The notes under the pieces are model-generated. The model did no database searches, was not told the origin of the DNA, and was given only the letters and a program-made list of their open reading frames with translations. A stretch of DNA of 63,595 bases, filler included, from Choristocarpus tenellus KU-1152 (lineage: Eukaryota > Protista > Phaeophyceae), in assembly GCA_964200185.2 (NCBI GenBank). It is 5 parts of 5 records of this genome, joined end to end, with 100 filler letters (N's around TTAATTAATTAA, not from the genome) between each part and the next. Parts side by side here need not be neighbours in the genome. Positions count along the whole stretch, not along the records: positions 19,811 to 41,753 come from CAXNAD020000315.1; positions 41,854 to 54,021 come from CAXNAD020001940.1; 3 more parts are not named here. One strand, given 5' to 3'. This document shows positions 41,700 through 54,121 of this stretch, piece after piece. Both the position numbers and the translations under genes were made by a program. Numbering within the stretch: position 1 is the stretch's first letter; each line of letters begins with the position of its first letter.

Positions 41700-41753
41700 G
41701 ACCCAAAGTATCTGAGGGGGGGGGATTCTACACCAGGGTGTCCATTTGGGGCA
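41700..41753 (+). mobile_element. 5' part of poly-G TIR MITE at contig end
   Basis: GACCCAAAGTATCTGAGGGGGGGGG...CACCAGGGTGTCCATTTGGG matches the copies at 49159 and 50538. Confidence 0.8.
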
Positions 41754-41853
41754 NNNNNNNNNNNNNNNNNNNNNNNNNNNNNNNNNNNNNNNNNNNNTTA
41801 ATTAATTAANNNNNNNNNNNNNNNNNNNNNNNNNNNNNNNNNNNNNNNNNNNN
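41754..41853. other. Artificial contig linker
   Basis: 100-bp N run containing TTAATTAATTAA. Confidence 0.97.
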
Positions 41854-44117
41854 GCCTCTCCTCCTCAACAGCTCCCCCTGGGCCGATGGCATCTCCTGAA
41901 ACCCCCTCAAGGGTATTCACTCCTGTCGCTGCAACATTCTCCTCTGACATTGCAGTCTCCTCAGATTGTTCACCTGTGACGGTATCTCCTCCAGCCCTTG
42001 TCAGGGCGAGTGCGTCTGTTCCCGCCTACCCCTCGGCTAGAACTAGTCCTGACACAGTCCTCTCTGTCATGTCAGGTACTTCAGGTAGTTGTCTTGAGGG
42101 CAGGTCAGGAATTGTCAAGAAGCTTCTTCGATTAGCTTTCAATGTAAACAATCCATAATTCTTCCTACATGTCTTCACAAATTCCACTCCAGGTCCTCCA
42201 GAAGACGGGGATAATCGCAGAGAATTTTCCCCTTTCCAATATAATTCTCCCCTTGATTGTTTCCCCGATTGTATAATTGAGAAGAGATTAAATCTTAACC
42301 CAGGAACAAATGACACATTGTGCAAGATGAAGTTTGAAACTTCCATATTCTGTACAGAGGATAGCGACAAATTACCTATGGCTGAAACTTGCAGAACCTT
42401 TCCATCCCCAACAGTCACCGATGTCCCTACCACAGGTTTTGGATCTATCAGAGCAGTAGGATTGTTTGTCATATGAACCGAACACCCACTGTCAAAGAAC
42501 CAAAGTTCCACTTCCACAATACTTTCATAATTGCTCACCGACAAGAATCCTCCAAGTTGAACTGGTGTATCATTTGCTTTCTGTTCACCATCACCAGCTT
42601 CACCAGTGTTGCTTGCACTGCCGCTCCCCTTCCCTTTACCATTCTTCTTCTTCCTTCGGGGAGTTTGTCCAGACGATTGTTGACCAGATTCTCCCAAATC
42701 ACCAGCGCGTTTGGGACAACAGTAAGCCTTGTGTCCTTTGGCTTCACAGACATAACAAGAACCTGTATAAGATCCAGAACGGGATGAAACAAAGGTGGGA
42801 CAGGAAGATTGAAAGTGTGGTCCTCCACACTGCCAGCACTCCACACGTCTTGACTGCCGATCCTTCTGAAAACCAGCAGTTCCATTTCTCGAACGGGGAC
42901 CTCCAACCATCAATGCACCGCCATTATTTCCCATCCGTCGGTTACGCTTTCGTTTACGAAGTTGATACGTTTCGCAAACTCGTTTTTGTAGATCCATCCT
43001 TGCTGCTCGACTGCATCCTGTGACCCGTCAAATCTCAACGAAATATTCCTCAGTCAAGCAATTGTGCATGGCACTCAATTGTTCCTCATCGCTCGGTTCA
43101 TCATCCAGGGATGGCATTTTCTTCACAATGCCGTCCAATTCCATGATGACTGTGGACGGATCCTCTCCAGCAGGTAAATGTAACGAATTAAGTTTCGATC
43201 TCATATTGGCCCTTTCAGTGATACCACTTCTCCTAAAGTAGTTCCTTAAAGCTTGGAAAGCTTCGGAAGGCCTGTCATGGTTGCTCGCCACTTGTTCCGC
43301 GAACCCATCCAAAGCGATCACCAGTGCAGCCATCACCATACTCGCCTTTCGATTTCTCGTTCGAACCATTTTGAATCGTCCAAGGGATCGCTGCTGACTC
43401 TGATGTGATCATCAGATAACAACGTATCTTTCCAGCCGCCAATGGCAGCACACAAAAGGAATTTTCGTTCAAACATGGCAAATCCATCACCATCATCATC
43501 GCCACTGTAGGCCTTAAACGTTGATGGCAATGGAATCAGTCGTCTTAATCTCCGTTCAGTTGGTACTCCCTGTTGCGCGGTTCTGCTAACTGCCCCTCCG
43601 TCTTCATCATCCTCAGACTCGACCACCTTTCCACCTTCTTCAACTGGTGTTGCAGGTGTCGTGTCTCCATACTCCGCTCTTCTCGAAGTACATCTTCTGT
43701 AACCGACAGCCTCCTCCATCGGGACTCCCCCTCAAATTGAGATAAAGCTAGCCTGGAGAACTTAGCACAATTCAATAAGTAGTGCTAGCTAGCATGTTAA
43801 AGAAATTGGTGTTCCCAAGACTTGTGTATGTAAACGACTCGATTAATTCCTTATTATGCAGAACAGGTTGTACATGAGGTAAGGAAGGTGTAAGGAAGGA
43901 GAGTGAACTTCAAAGCTCAAAGGGGGTCATCACCTTACGATTCACATATTATAATAACACGTCACTCAGTCCACGATTAGCTGCTATGTTACTTGCTATG
44001 TTACTTGCCACAACATTCCTTTTTCTAGGATTCTTCTTGTTGTACTAAAATAACCCGGACAATATTTTCGTTATCACCTGACAAAGACATTACTATCAAT
44101 TATGCCGTTATCCAACA
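41854..44117 (-). mobile_element. Ty1/Copia LTR retrotransposon, 5' half, defective
   Basis: Candidate 5' LTR 44117-43795 (TGTTGG...TTAACA). Gag starts near 43719 with a frameshift near 43350 and an in-frame stop at 43030-43028. Two CCHC knuckles (CWQCGGPHFQSSC, CYVCEAKGHKAYCC) and Copia protease motifs WFFDSGCSVHM and NVSFVPGLRFNLFS. Cut by the contig end. Confidence 0.88.
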
Positions 44118-44144
44118 ATAGTTCAACAACTCNNNNNNNNNNCT

Positions 44145-44750
44145 AGAGGCAACACTCAAAGGTTTGATGATCTCATAGAGGAATTATCCAATCGAAGCGA
44201 CCAATACACATTTGTTTTAGCCAACCAAAAAGCTACAAAAGCTGTATTGTACAAGGACAAGACTCACAATGGTGTTGGTAGCATGGCAGATGTGCGTGGC
44301 ATGTTTGCTAACATGCCACACCCTTTCGCTGCCTCAGCCGAAACCTCGATCGCTAGGAACGAACTAGGACTAACTCACCAGAACAGGACGTGTATGCACG
44401 ATGAGGTATCAAGCCAAACTTCACTGCCACACGAAGAGGTTGTCAACATTGTACTGACAACCCTCACTCCGATGCTTCAACCTGTTTTAACCCAGAACTC
44501 CTCGCCCGCTGTCTGTGCTACCATAAACAAACAACATTCTTCGGTTCCTGCGAAATACGAACCTCGTTCGATTCCAAAAAGCAATGCATCAAAACCAGTT
44601 CGACCAGTCACACCCGTTCCCCAGGCTGTGCTTCGATCCCCACTTGCTTTAGCCACAGACAGGGCGAGTAATAGAAGTCGATACCATTCGGACAAAGACC
44701 TACCTCCATCGCTCAATCCACTGAGGAATATCCGGGAAGAGTCGAAATAG
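44145..44750 (+). CDS. Open frame of about 200 codons, probably the last exon of an unknown gene
   Basis: Stop-free from the 10-N gap (44133-44142) to TAG at 44748-44750; S/P-rich C-terminus; no motif recognised. Confidence 0.35.
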   Translation, partial: RGNTQRFDDLIEELSNRSDQYTFVLANQKATKAVLYKDKTHNGVGSMADVRGMFANMPHPFAASAETSIARNELGLTHQNRTCMHDEVSSQTSLPHEEVVNIVLTTLTPMLQPVLTQNSSPAVCATINKQHSSVPAKYEPRSIPKSNASKPVRPVTPVPQAVLRSPLALATDRASNRSRYHSDKDLPPSLNPLRNIREESK

Positions 44751-45182
44751 ATGGAAGCTAACACGGGCTTCGGCAGACTGCTCTTTCGTCACAACAGACG
44801 GACAAACCCTGTTGCTGAAGATAGTTTGAATTTGCCCGTCACCTTTGGATGGCGTTTCTTGTTATTGGTATTTTTTCTTTTTGATAGTGAATTTCTTTTG
44901 TGCAATTTGATTTTCGTGGTGGGTTTTCTAATGGCTGTTATTCAAATTTGGATAATGTATTTCATTTTGCGCAAACACGCTATTACGTATCCATTTTCTT
45001 CCTAAAAATATGATTGAAAAGAAAATTGCGCCAACATTGATCTACGATACAAGATGGGTTTACCAAGTTATGAACGCACGAGATCTTCGCATATTCTCCA
45101 AAAGCACATCTTCTTACACACGCCACCCAAGCCTATACGGAACCTTCCAAGAAGAGCGTGGGGGGTGATTGTAGTTTGCAAG

Positions 45183-47204
45183 ATGAGCGGTTTTGCGCTA
45201 AACTCTTTGGTAGACAAGGTTGATAACACCCATGCGGGAGTAGAAGGTTGTGGATCAGCTCGACCCACGGTTGTTGGGACAGATCTGTTCCAGACAATTG
45301 CTAAAATGCTCTCTGCGATGCACCACCAACTCCGCAGTGAACCCAAGGAGTTGTGGGAAAAGGTTGAGATAGAGGCTAGGGTGGGCACCATCTCACTCCG
45401 CGATCGTATGGTTCGAGCTACCAAGACAATGCCTGGATCACAGGCTGTGGAAATAGACTTGAACCGAAACGGACTTCGTTTTGTTTCTGGTGTCAGTGCT
45501 CCATCCTTTTCGGCTATGAGGTCTGAGATAGCGTCCATGTACCGGACCACTGAGGTGCCAAGCGAGGAGGTAGTCTTTATTTTCGAGTCTGGACCACTCC
45601 AGGGCCAACGAGTCATAGCGGATATGGAAGGGCGGAACCCCCCTTATGCTGAACTCAAGGAGCGGCGCCACCAGGCTAATTTCCAGCTTCCAGCAGCGGA
45701 GTATGATCTCCGTGTGCAGGTCTCTGTAGAAAAGGAGCAACAACCTCTGCCCGGGGGTGTGCCTGATGGGTGGACCTGCCGTCGAACGAAGCGTCGATCG
45801 ACTTGGAGGAGCCCTCCTGGTGGTGAGGAAGATTCAACCTGGCTGTGGCGGGCAGACGTGACCCTTGTGGAAGAAACCAGGCAAGGTCCTGCTGGGTTTG
45901 TCGTGCAGGAGCTGAGGGAGCTAGAGCTGGAGTTGTTGCCCGGTGCGCGCGATTACTGGTTACGCCTTACCGACCATGCTGAGCTTGAAAAGATGACTTC
46001 GAAACTGGCGACGCACCTCGTCACCCTCATCCACACAGTGAACCCCCTCCAGCCACTGTCGTGCCTTTCTCACACGCCAAAGGAGGATGACGAGGGCATT
46101 AAACAAGCCGTGGTTGCTGCCTGTATGCAACTGCGGGGTGGGCGTCCAAGTAAGAGCTCACCCTTCCCTGGAGCCCAGCCTGTGAATATGTGCAAACGGA
46201 ACGTGCATGACGTTCAAAGGGGATCCTATTACATTGCTGAGAAGACGGATGGAATCCGTTATCTCATGATGGCAGTGCAGGGAAAGGGTGGACCCACGTG
46301 CGTACTAGTGGACCGTTCCATGGCCATATTTAAAGTGACTGGGGCGGAATTTCTCACTCAAGCTCTTGGGGTTGGTACTGTGTTGGATGGGGAGCTTGTG
46401 CTCAGCCGAAGCGATGGGAAGGCGGTGTTCATTGCGTTTGACATACTCCGCTGCCGTGAGAACGTCACCCTTCAATTGTTGTTCAGGAGCCGTCTGCAGG
46501 AGCTGCAGGACAATGTGATTTGCAAGTATGAGGCCCTGTGCAAGAGAAATGATGGAAGATTGCCCGTGCCAGACCACCTGCCATTAGTTCAAAAGCGCTT
46601 TTTCAAGCGTGTGCAGATTATGGACCTCTTCCGTTCCATACGTTGCGAGGGCCGAGAGAGGGTCTACCAGGACGGCCATTTGCGTCATCACAAGACGGAT
46701 GGGGTCATATTCCAACCCAACACTCCGTATATGATTGGCACGGACACTCGGCTGCTCAAGTGGAAGTGGGCAGACCTTGCCTCAGTAGACCTTAAGGTGT
46801 ATCCTCCAGGTATGGGTGGCTCTGGGCTACGGTTGTGCACTGAGGCAGCGAATCAGGTTGAGGTTGACTTGTCACAGATTGTGCACCTCTCTGAACACGA
46901 TAGATCACGCCTGGTTGCAGACATGGGGAGTAACATCTCCTTTGCGGAGGTGGCATTGGATCCAGGCTCAGGTATGTGGGTATACATGGGACTCAGGCCT
47001 GACAAGGACCGACCCAACTTTATCACCACTGTTGTTTCAACTATGGTGGAGGTAGCAGAGTCTCTCTCTGAGGAGGAGCTCAAGTACCGAATGATGTTCA
47101 CAAAGCCATCGGAGGATGACTGGGCCCGTCAGGAATCTGTTATGCGGCAACGGGCAGTGCAGTGGCAATACAACCGAACAAGACTTAAGGAGACTCACCC
47201 ATAA
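45183..47204 (+). CDS. Bifunctional mRNA capping enzyme: CYTH/TTM RNA 5'-triphosphatase + guanylyltransferase + OB fold; intronless
   Basis: Single ORF (an upstream in-frame ATG exists at 45054). TTM motifs EIEARVG, RRTKRRSTW, WRADVTLV and ELELEL. GTase motifs FPGAQPV, EKTDGIRY (catalytic Lys codon at 46242), LDGELV, FIAFDIL, TDGVIF, LKWK and RPDKDRPN. Confidence 0.92.
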   Translation: MSGFALNSLVDKVDNTHAGVEGCGSARPTVVGTDLFQTIAKMLSAMHHQLRSEPKELWEKVEIEARVGTISLRDRMVRATKTMPGSQAVEIDLNRNGLRFVSGVSAPSFSAMRSEIASMYRTTEVPSEEVVFIFESGPLQGQRVIADMEGRNPPYAELKERRHQANFQLPAAEYDLRVQVSVEKEQQPLPGGVPDGWTCRRTKRRSTWRSPPGGEEDSTWLWRADVTLVEETRQGPAGFVVQELRELELELLPGARDYWLRLTDHAELEKMTSKLATHLVTLIHTVNPLQPLSCLSHTPKEDDEGIKQAVVAACMQLRGGRPSKSSPFPGAQPVNMCKRNVHDVQRGSYYIAEKTDGIRYLMMAVQGKGGPTCVLVDRSMAIFKVTGAEFLTQALGVGTVLDGELVLSRSDGKAVFIAFDILRCRENVTLQLLFRSRLQELQDNVICKYEALCKRNDGRLPVPDHLPLVQKRFFKRVQIMDLFRSIRCEGRERVYQDGHLRHHKTDGVIFQPNTPYMIGTDTRLLKWKWADLASVDLKVYPPGMGGSGLRLCTEAANQVEVDLSQIVHLSEHDRSRLVADMGSNISFAEVALDPGSGMWVYMGLRPDKDRPNFITTVVSTMVEVAESLSEEELKYRMMFTKPSEDDWARQESVMRQRAVQWQYNRTRLKETHP

Positions 47205-47658
47205 TAAGTCTGACACCCCATCAGACCTGCCATTTGTATTTGGTGTTAAAACAGATTTCTGAGCTGCTAATGTTGAATCAATTTAATGCATTTTAGGGGA
47301 TGATAGCGTTGATTTGAATGTAACTCAATTTAGCGATCCCTCCACTGCTTAAATTTATTCACCATTCCCCAAAACATGACAATTCCTGGAATACCGTGGC
47401 TCCATGTTGGCAACCTTTATTCCTACCCTGTTTGTCGCTTCTGTCAGTACCTCTCATCTCTTAAGCCTAAGACGCAGCGCAAGCACTGTCAGTCAACCCC
47501 ACAGGTCATGCCCCTGCTGACTGAAGATTATTTTAGTACTTGTCCTGGGTCATTACTATATGTGTTGTGTGGGAGTGCACTCCAGTGCACCTCATTGTCA
47601 TACCTCCTCCATCTTCAGCACTAGAGAAGCTCTAAATAGCTATTTAAAAAAAATCCAT

Positions 47659-50600
47659 TCAAAATTCTGCTGCCACCCCTGGCAGGTTGTTGTTTGAGAG
47701 TCCTCCATGAGTCAAGCGGTTGTATGCATGTGTCACTGCTGCCTGACGCTCTGCGAAGTTGTGATTCTCTTGGAGCGCCTCCTCAAACTTGGCATGCCTC
47801 TTACCAGCATGCTGTGGCCAGGTTGTTGGATTCTCTAATTGCTGCAGGTCCTCCCACACCTGCTCGTTGACGTCATGTGATGTGGTAAGGCTGATGGGTG
47901 CCCCCTTGGGCAAGGCATTTAATGCCTTCCCAGCCATGCTGGTCACCAAAATCGTTGGGAAGGATATGTTTGTACCCTGCCACCTGGGTGAAAAGAACCA
48001 GTAGGGCAGGAAGTCAACAAGATCACTGATGGAAACCAGTAAGTGTAGCTATTGCTGTAAGCAAAGTTGTGGATCATTGTAACTATAGTCAGATGCACAC
48101 CCCCTCCATCCTGCGTATGGTACAATTATTTAGCCAAATATTTTAGAGTGATATGGCTGACCCAGAGTATCATTTGCCTGTTTGTGGGTGACATGGTCCT
48201 AACCCCTTATCCATTCACCAAGTGCACAGTTAAGTGGGAGTTTGTACTCTTGACTGCAAATACTCTTGGCTCATCTCTTGGGGCAAACATACTGTCCTTG
48301 CTGAGGTCCTATGATAGTAATAAGGGAGTTTTGACACACATTGAAGCATCTGTAGGTACTACTGTTTTTGTAACTGAACTACTGTGCTTTGATGATTTTT
48401 AGGTTTGACTTTGTAGTAGTGTAAGTTTGGGTAGAAATAAGGATGTTTAAAATGTGCTGACCCCCATCAGGAAAGAGAAAATGCCTAATAGTGTTGTTGA
48501 CCTGCATGCTAGTCAGTATCCCTGACCAGTAAGAAATGCCCACCCAATTGAGATAATTTGTAGCCATTTTCACCATATATTACATCCCTCTGATCCCCCC
48601 CCCCAGCAAATTATGAGAGTTAACTCTTGACTCTCTGGTCATTCCAGGTCATCAGAAGGAGGGGGTCTGTAATCAAAGGCAGTGCACTACACACTATTCC
48701 TATCAGAACCTTTTGTGGTGGTTACACAGAGTCAGTAGCCAGCTTAGTATGCTTTTGAAACAGTACATGTGAAAGAAGAGGGTACCTTTTCCCTCTTCAA
48801 GTGATTGGTACAACTCTCATTGTGCATTCATTGTAAAAAACAAGATGTTTCAGAATGGGTTCTTGGGTTATTACTAGGCTTGAGTAAGGAGCAGCAATGA
48901 ATGTACCTGATGAATTGGTTTGCATATACTCATGACATGAAGAGAATGTGTATTTAATGAAGATGGAGCACATGCTTCCACAAACATACTGCTGCAAACG
49001 TTTTCACTTTACCATTCCATGTCATAATCCTTGCTGAGGGCAAGCTTATGTCACTATCTTGACATTCATGGAATATATGAAGTATGTAGGTATTGTAAGA
49101 TTTTCCTGTCATGCTGACAGATCCATGACCGGGTGGTCACCAGTTGTTTAAATGGTGGACCCAAAGTATCTGGGGGGGGGGGAGAGGTGCACACCAGGGC
49201 GTACAATTGTGTCCATTTGGGTCAAAAGCAGTAAAAGTGCATTTACATTATCCATCCGACATACGCAACTCAATCACACAAAAAATGTGACATGAAAAAT
49301 TGGCCCCAAATGGACCGCTGCTGCCCCCCCCCCCCAGATACTTTGAACTCTCTACTACTCAATGAACTATGAATAGAGTAGTGTTGTACCATTGTAGGAG
49401 TGGTACTATGCTGCAAGTGGTGGGATGAGGGAGATTCACCTTTGACACAATGTGTCACAATGAGGATACTGAAAATGTGAAACACTTGTTTCCTGGTCTG
49501 TCAATTACAATCTTATTACACAAACTTGGTCAAAGCTGCCGATCACTTGCACTGCCACCAAGTGCACTCCATTTGCGAAGTGTTGATGTAGCGACACAAT
49601 TTTTTTTGTATCTCTCACCTTGGGAATGCACCCATGCGAAATAGTGAGGTTTCATTGTTTACAATGATGAGTGCTGATGGGAAGCCTGGGGCCACAGTCT
49701 GAGCCTTAGAGATGAAACTGCAATTCCCCCGCTGTGCAACAATGACTTTCCCGGATATAGATTCAGCATTGCTGATAGAGCTGCAGGCATCTGTCAACAG
49801 TCAGAGAGAATTGGAAGATCAGATTCGGAAGGGCAGTAGTAGGTTTCATTGATTTAGAGATTGTACTACACTTTGATGCTGAAGTTGGAGATGACGAGTT
49901 TTAGATCTACCTTAGTCAGTTTATGCAAGAGGATTGGTTGGACCTACCAACACTCACCTGCAGATGCCAGGTCACCCAGCTGTAGGTTGCCCAAGCGAGG
50001 CTTGGAACCAAATTGTGCAAGCAAGTATTCAAACTTCTCACCACTGGGCAAACTAAGAAATCCTCCCTGGCACGCAAAAGTAGGGATGGATAAGGCAGTG
50101 TTTGACTCATATGATCATTGCTGGACCCTTACAGGAGGCAATGCTGCTGAATATTTCGATCATTGAACGTGGATTATATATGGTAATACTCACTAAGGAC
50201 ATGCTCCTGATGATCTTTCTGTCGGTTTGATCTGCAGGAAGGCACATTTCATTTTTCTCGCCTATACCAGAGCTCCCATGACAATTCATAGGGACGATCA
50301 CGCCAGAGAATATCGCCATAGGCTCTGCTTTCATAGCATTGATTAGGACAGTTCCCTCAGCTGCTGGAATCATAGCACTAAAAGTCGCTGTGAGAGACAG
50401 AACAGACGAGATTGCAATTGAAATTATTTACTGAAGTGGGAATCCCAGAAAGAATAAGCTGGGGAGAAATTTGGGGCAGTTGGGGTAAATGTTGATGACC
50501 AGTGAACTGTGGTATGTGCTTAGTCTCATGTTTATTTGACTCAAAGTATCTGAGGGGGGTGGGGGGGTATACACCAGGGTGTCCATTTGGGCCATGACCA

Positions 50601-52340
50601 GGAAAAGTGCACTTACATTATCCATCTGATGTATGCAACCAAATCACCCAAAATCGCGACATGAAAAAATTGACCACAAATGGAGCAGCCGTCACCCCCC
50701 CCAGATACTTTGAGCCATTTTTTAACAAACAGTAACCACAACATTCCAGTTCATTGACAGACAAGAATGAAAATGTGTGAGAGAGTGCAACTAACGATGA
50801 ATCTTTCTCCACAGTACAACCAGGAGGAGGTTAACTTTGCTCCAGGTGTGCTTCTAACAGTATAAGTTCTGCGCACCAAGGCTTATGCCATCCGGCCCTG
50901 GAGGATGCACTAGACCATCTTCATTGTTGACGATCAGAAGGCCACTGGCTCCTATTGCCTCGGTATTGTTGACCTTGGTAGTAAAGGTGCAGGTGCCCCG
51001 AATGGCCATGATAATAGGAGATAATTTTCCTGGGTTATGTAAGTGTGCATTGGAGACGGGATAGAGGGTGATTCTGCTTCATAATGTTAACATTCACCTT
51101 GAGAATGAATATATATATATATATTCTTAAGTGGAAAGGGGTTGTCATCCTCAGCCACTTCGCCCTGGTGCTTAAACCAACCAATACTCAATTGTTGGTT
51201 GGTTCTGCTATCAAATACTTCCTCTGACCCAAAATAGAAGCTACACTCAGACAAAAACCGGTATAAATCATCAAAGGTTTTCGTCCGAATGTAGCTTCTA
51301 TTTTGGGTCAGAGGAAGTAGATAGTGAGAGCGAGTATTGGCTCCTTAAATGGGTGCACCAAATTGTGCATGATACTTCAGCATATCCAATATTCTGTGTC
51401 AAATACAAATTGAAGGGGCTAGCTAGATGGAGTGGCGTTCATTCAAGGGTCAAATCCGTCTAGAGAGTGAACTGGGGTAGTCATCTTGCTGAGCAGTTGG
51501 GCGAAGTTGGTCTCACCATCGATGAAGTCAGTAGTCAGTGGAGAAGAGATCGAATGGTGTTTTTCGGCATGCAAGAGGTATCGCAGCTATATATAGTCCC
51601 CCATTGGCTCTTTCTCTATTTGAAGTTGGAAGTATATCTTTCCTAGGCACGACTGCGCTGAGCTTACCAGCGACATCGACATTGTTCACCAGAGGTTGAC
51701 AAGCGTCAAGTGGTTCGGCGAGCAGCAATGGTCTCAGCCCAGCAGGTGCCACACCACCGAAGTGAGACCTCATATACTGCATTGGTGCAGGCCAACCATC
51801 GACATAGATTCTCCCCCATGGGCGGGAGTCCCGAAGCTCCTTCCGCTCCTGAGGTGTCCCATTATCAGCAAAATTCCGTCGTCCAAAGTCGAGGTCGGAG
51901 AGAACCTCTGGAAGCAATTTAAGTTCACCACCAACATCGAATAAGTTTGGAGCTCGACTGACTTCTTCTCCATTCCAAATGAACTTGTGTAAGTCTTCAC
52001 GAGGGATCGACTCCTGCTTCGGCTTCCTCATCTCGATTCCATCCCTCTTCGAGGAGCGTTGGGCTGCACTTCCCCTGCAGTGAGTCCAATGGGAAAGCGC
52101 GAGCGGTCGATGGTCATTTTTAACACCACTAGGGAATAGAAGCTGTGATAAAGAGCTTATCTGCTCGAATTGGACATCTCACCCAAGGAATAGTAGGAAA
52201 AGAGGTCTGAGCCAACCCATCTTGAAGTCGAGTCCAAATCTGCGATAGCGAGTGCATTGAACCTACCTTTTTCGTGAAACCGACCTTACTAATGTTGATC
52301 TATTTTGGATATGACGCCACCTTCTCATTGAACACCCCAT
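47659..52340 (-). CDS. Protein with two protease-associated (PA) domains
   Basis: Exons 52340-52267 (start uncertain), 52074-51668, 51029-50877, 50387-50194, 50066-49958, 49790-49619 and 47983-47659. Two PA signatures: PLDAC...RGTCTFTTKV...LLIVNN and DAC...RGNCSFISKA...LIIVNN. Ends in AAEF. Confidence 0.8.
49159..49348 (+). mobile_element. ~190-bp MITE with poly-G/C TIRs (full copy)
   Basis: CAAAGTATCTGGGGGGGGGGG ... CCCCCCCCCCCAGATACTTTG; internal sequence similar to the 50538 copy. Confidence 0.85.
50538..50716 (+). mobile_element. ~180-bp MITE with poly-G/C TIRs (full copy)
   Basis: GACTCAAAGTATCTG ... CAGATACTTTGAGCC; ATTT on both flanks, a possible 4-bp TSD. Confidence 0.85.
51218..51317. 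mobile_element. Stowaway-like (Tc1/mariner) MITE, 100 bp
   Basis: Perfect 28-bp TIR CTTCCTCTGACCCAAAATAGAAGCTACA with TA on both flanks. Confidence 0.85.
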
Positions 52341-52479
52341 TAGAACCACCAACAATGAATGTTGTACAAGTTAACATTTCAACACTCAAGTCACAAGTGG
52401 AAAGTAAGAGATTGCAGGGTGATCGACTGGACGGACGCAGATTGGAGGCCCGTTGAGGGAAAGCGACAACAAGGCAGAG

Positions 52480-53695
<1,216 letters not shown>

Positions 53696-54021
53696 TGAGA
53701 AAAATGGAGCATGTTTAGGTGTTCACCCTGCACCATTCTTTGCAAATGAGAATTGTGACAGGCAAGAATAGGTCGAGTGTTTATCAGCCTCCATAGACCG
53801 CCAAACTGTCTTCGTAGACCACCAAACTTTGTGTCCGATCTGTTCATTTTTGCTCTTGTGACTTTCTTCTTCCATAGTGGTACAAACATCAGCTGTGATG
53901 CCTTTATCTTTAAGGACAAAGAAATCCTGTGGTGAGGAAGATTATCAGCACCATGTCATCCCACTGGATTATAGATTAACAAAACCTACGTGGTTACAAA
54001 CCAGGTGTACATTGGAGGGGG

Positions 54022-54121
54022 NNNNNNNNNNNNNNNNNNNNNNNNNNNNNNNNNNNNNNNNNNNNTTAATTAATTAANNNNNNNNNNNNNNNNNNNNNNN
54101 NNNNNNNNNNNNNNNNNNNNN
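54022..54121. other. Artificial contig linker
   Basis: 100-bp N run containing TTAATTAATTAA. Confidence 0.97.

Noticed and set aside
45068-47101. Antisense ORFs over the capping enzyme
   Set aside because: Shadow frames of a GC-rich coding strand with no recognisable motifs.
44145-47204. Endogenous giant-virus segment
   Set aside because: Only one virus-like architecture is present; there are no capsid, polymerase or packaging genes, and the downstream gene is a normal spliced host gene.
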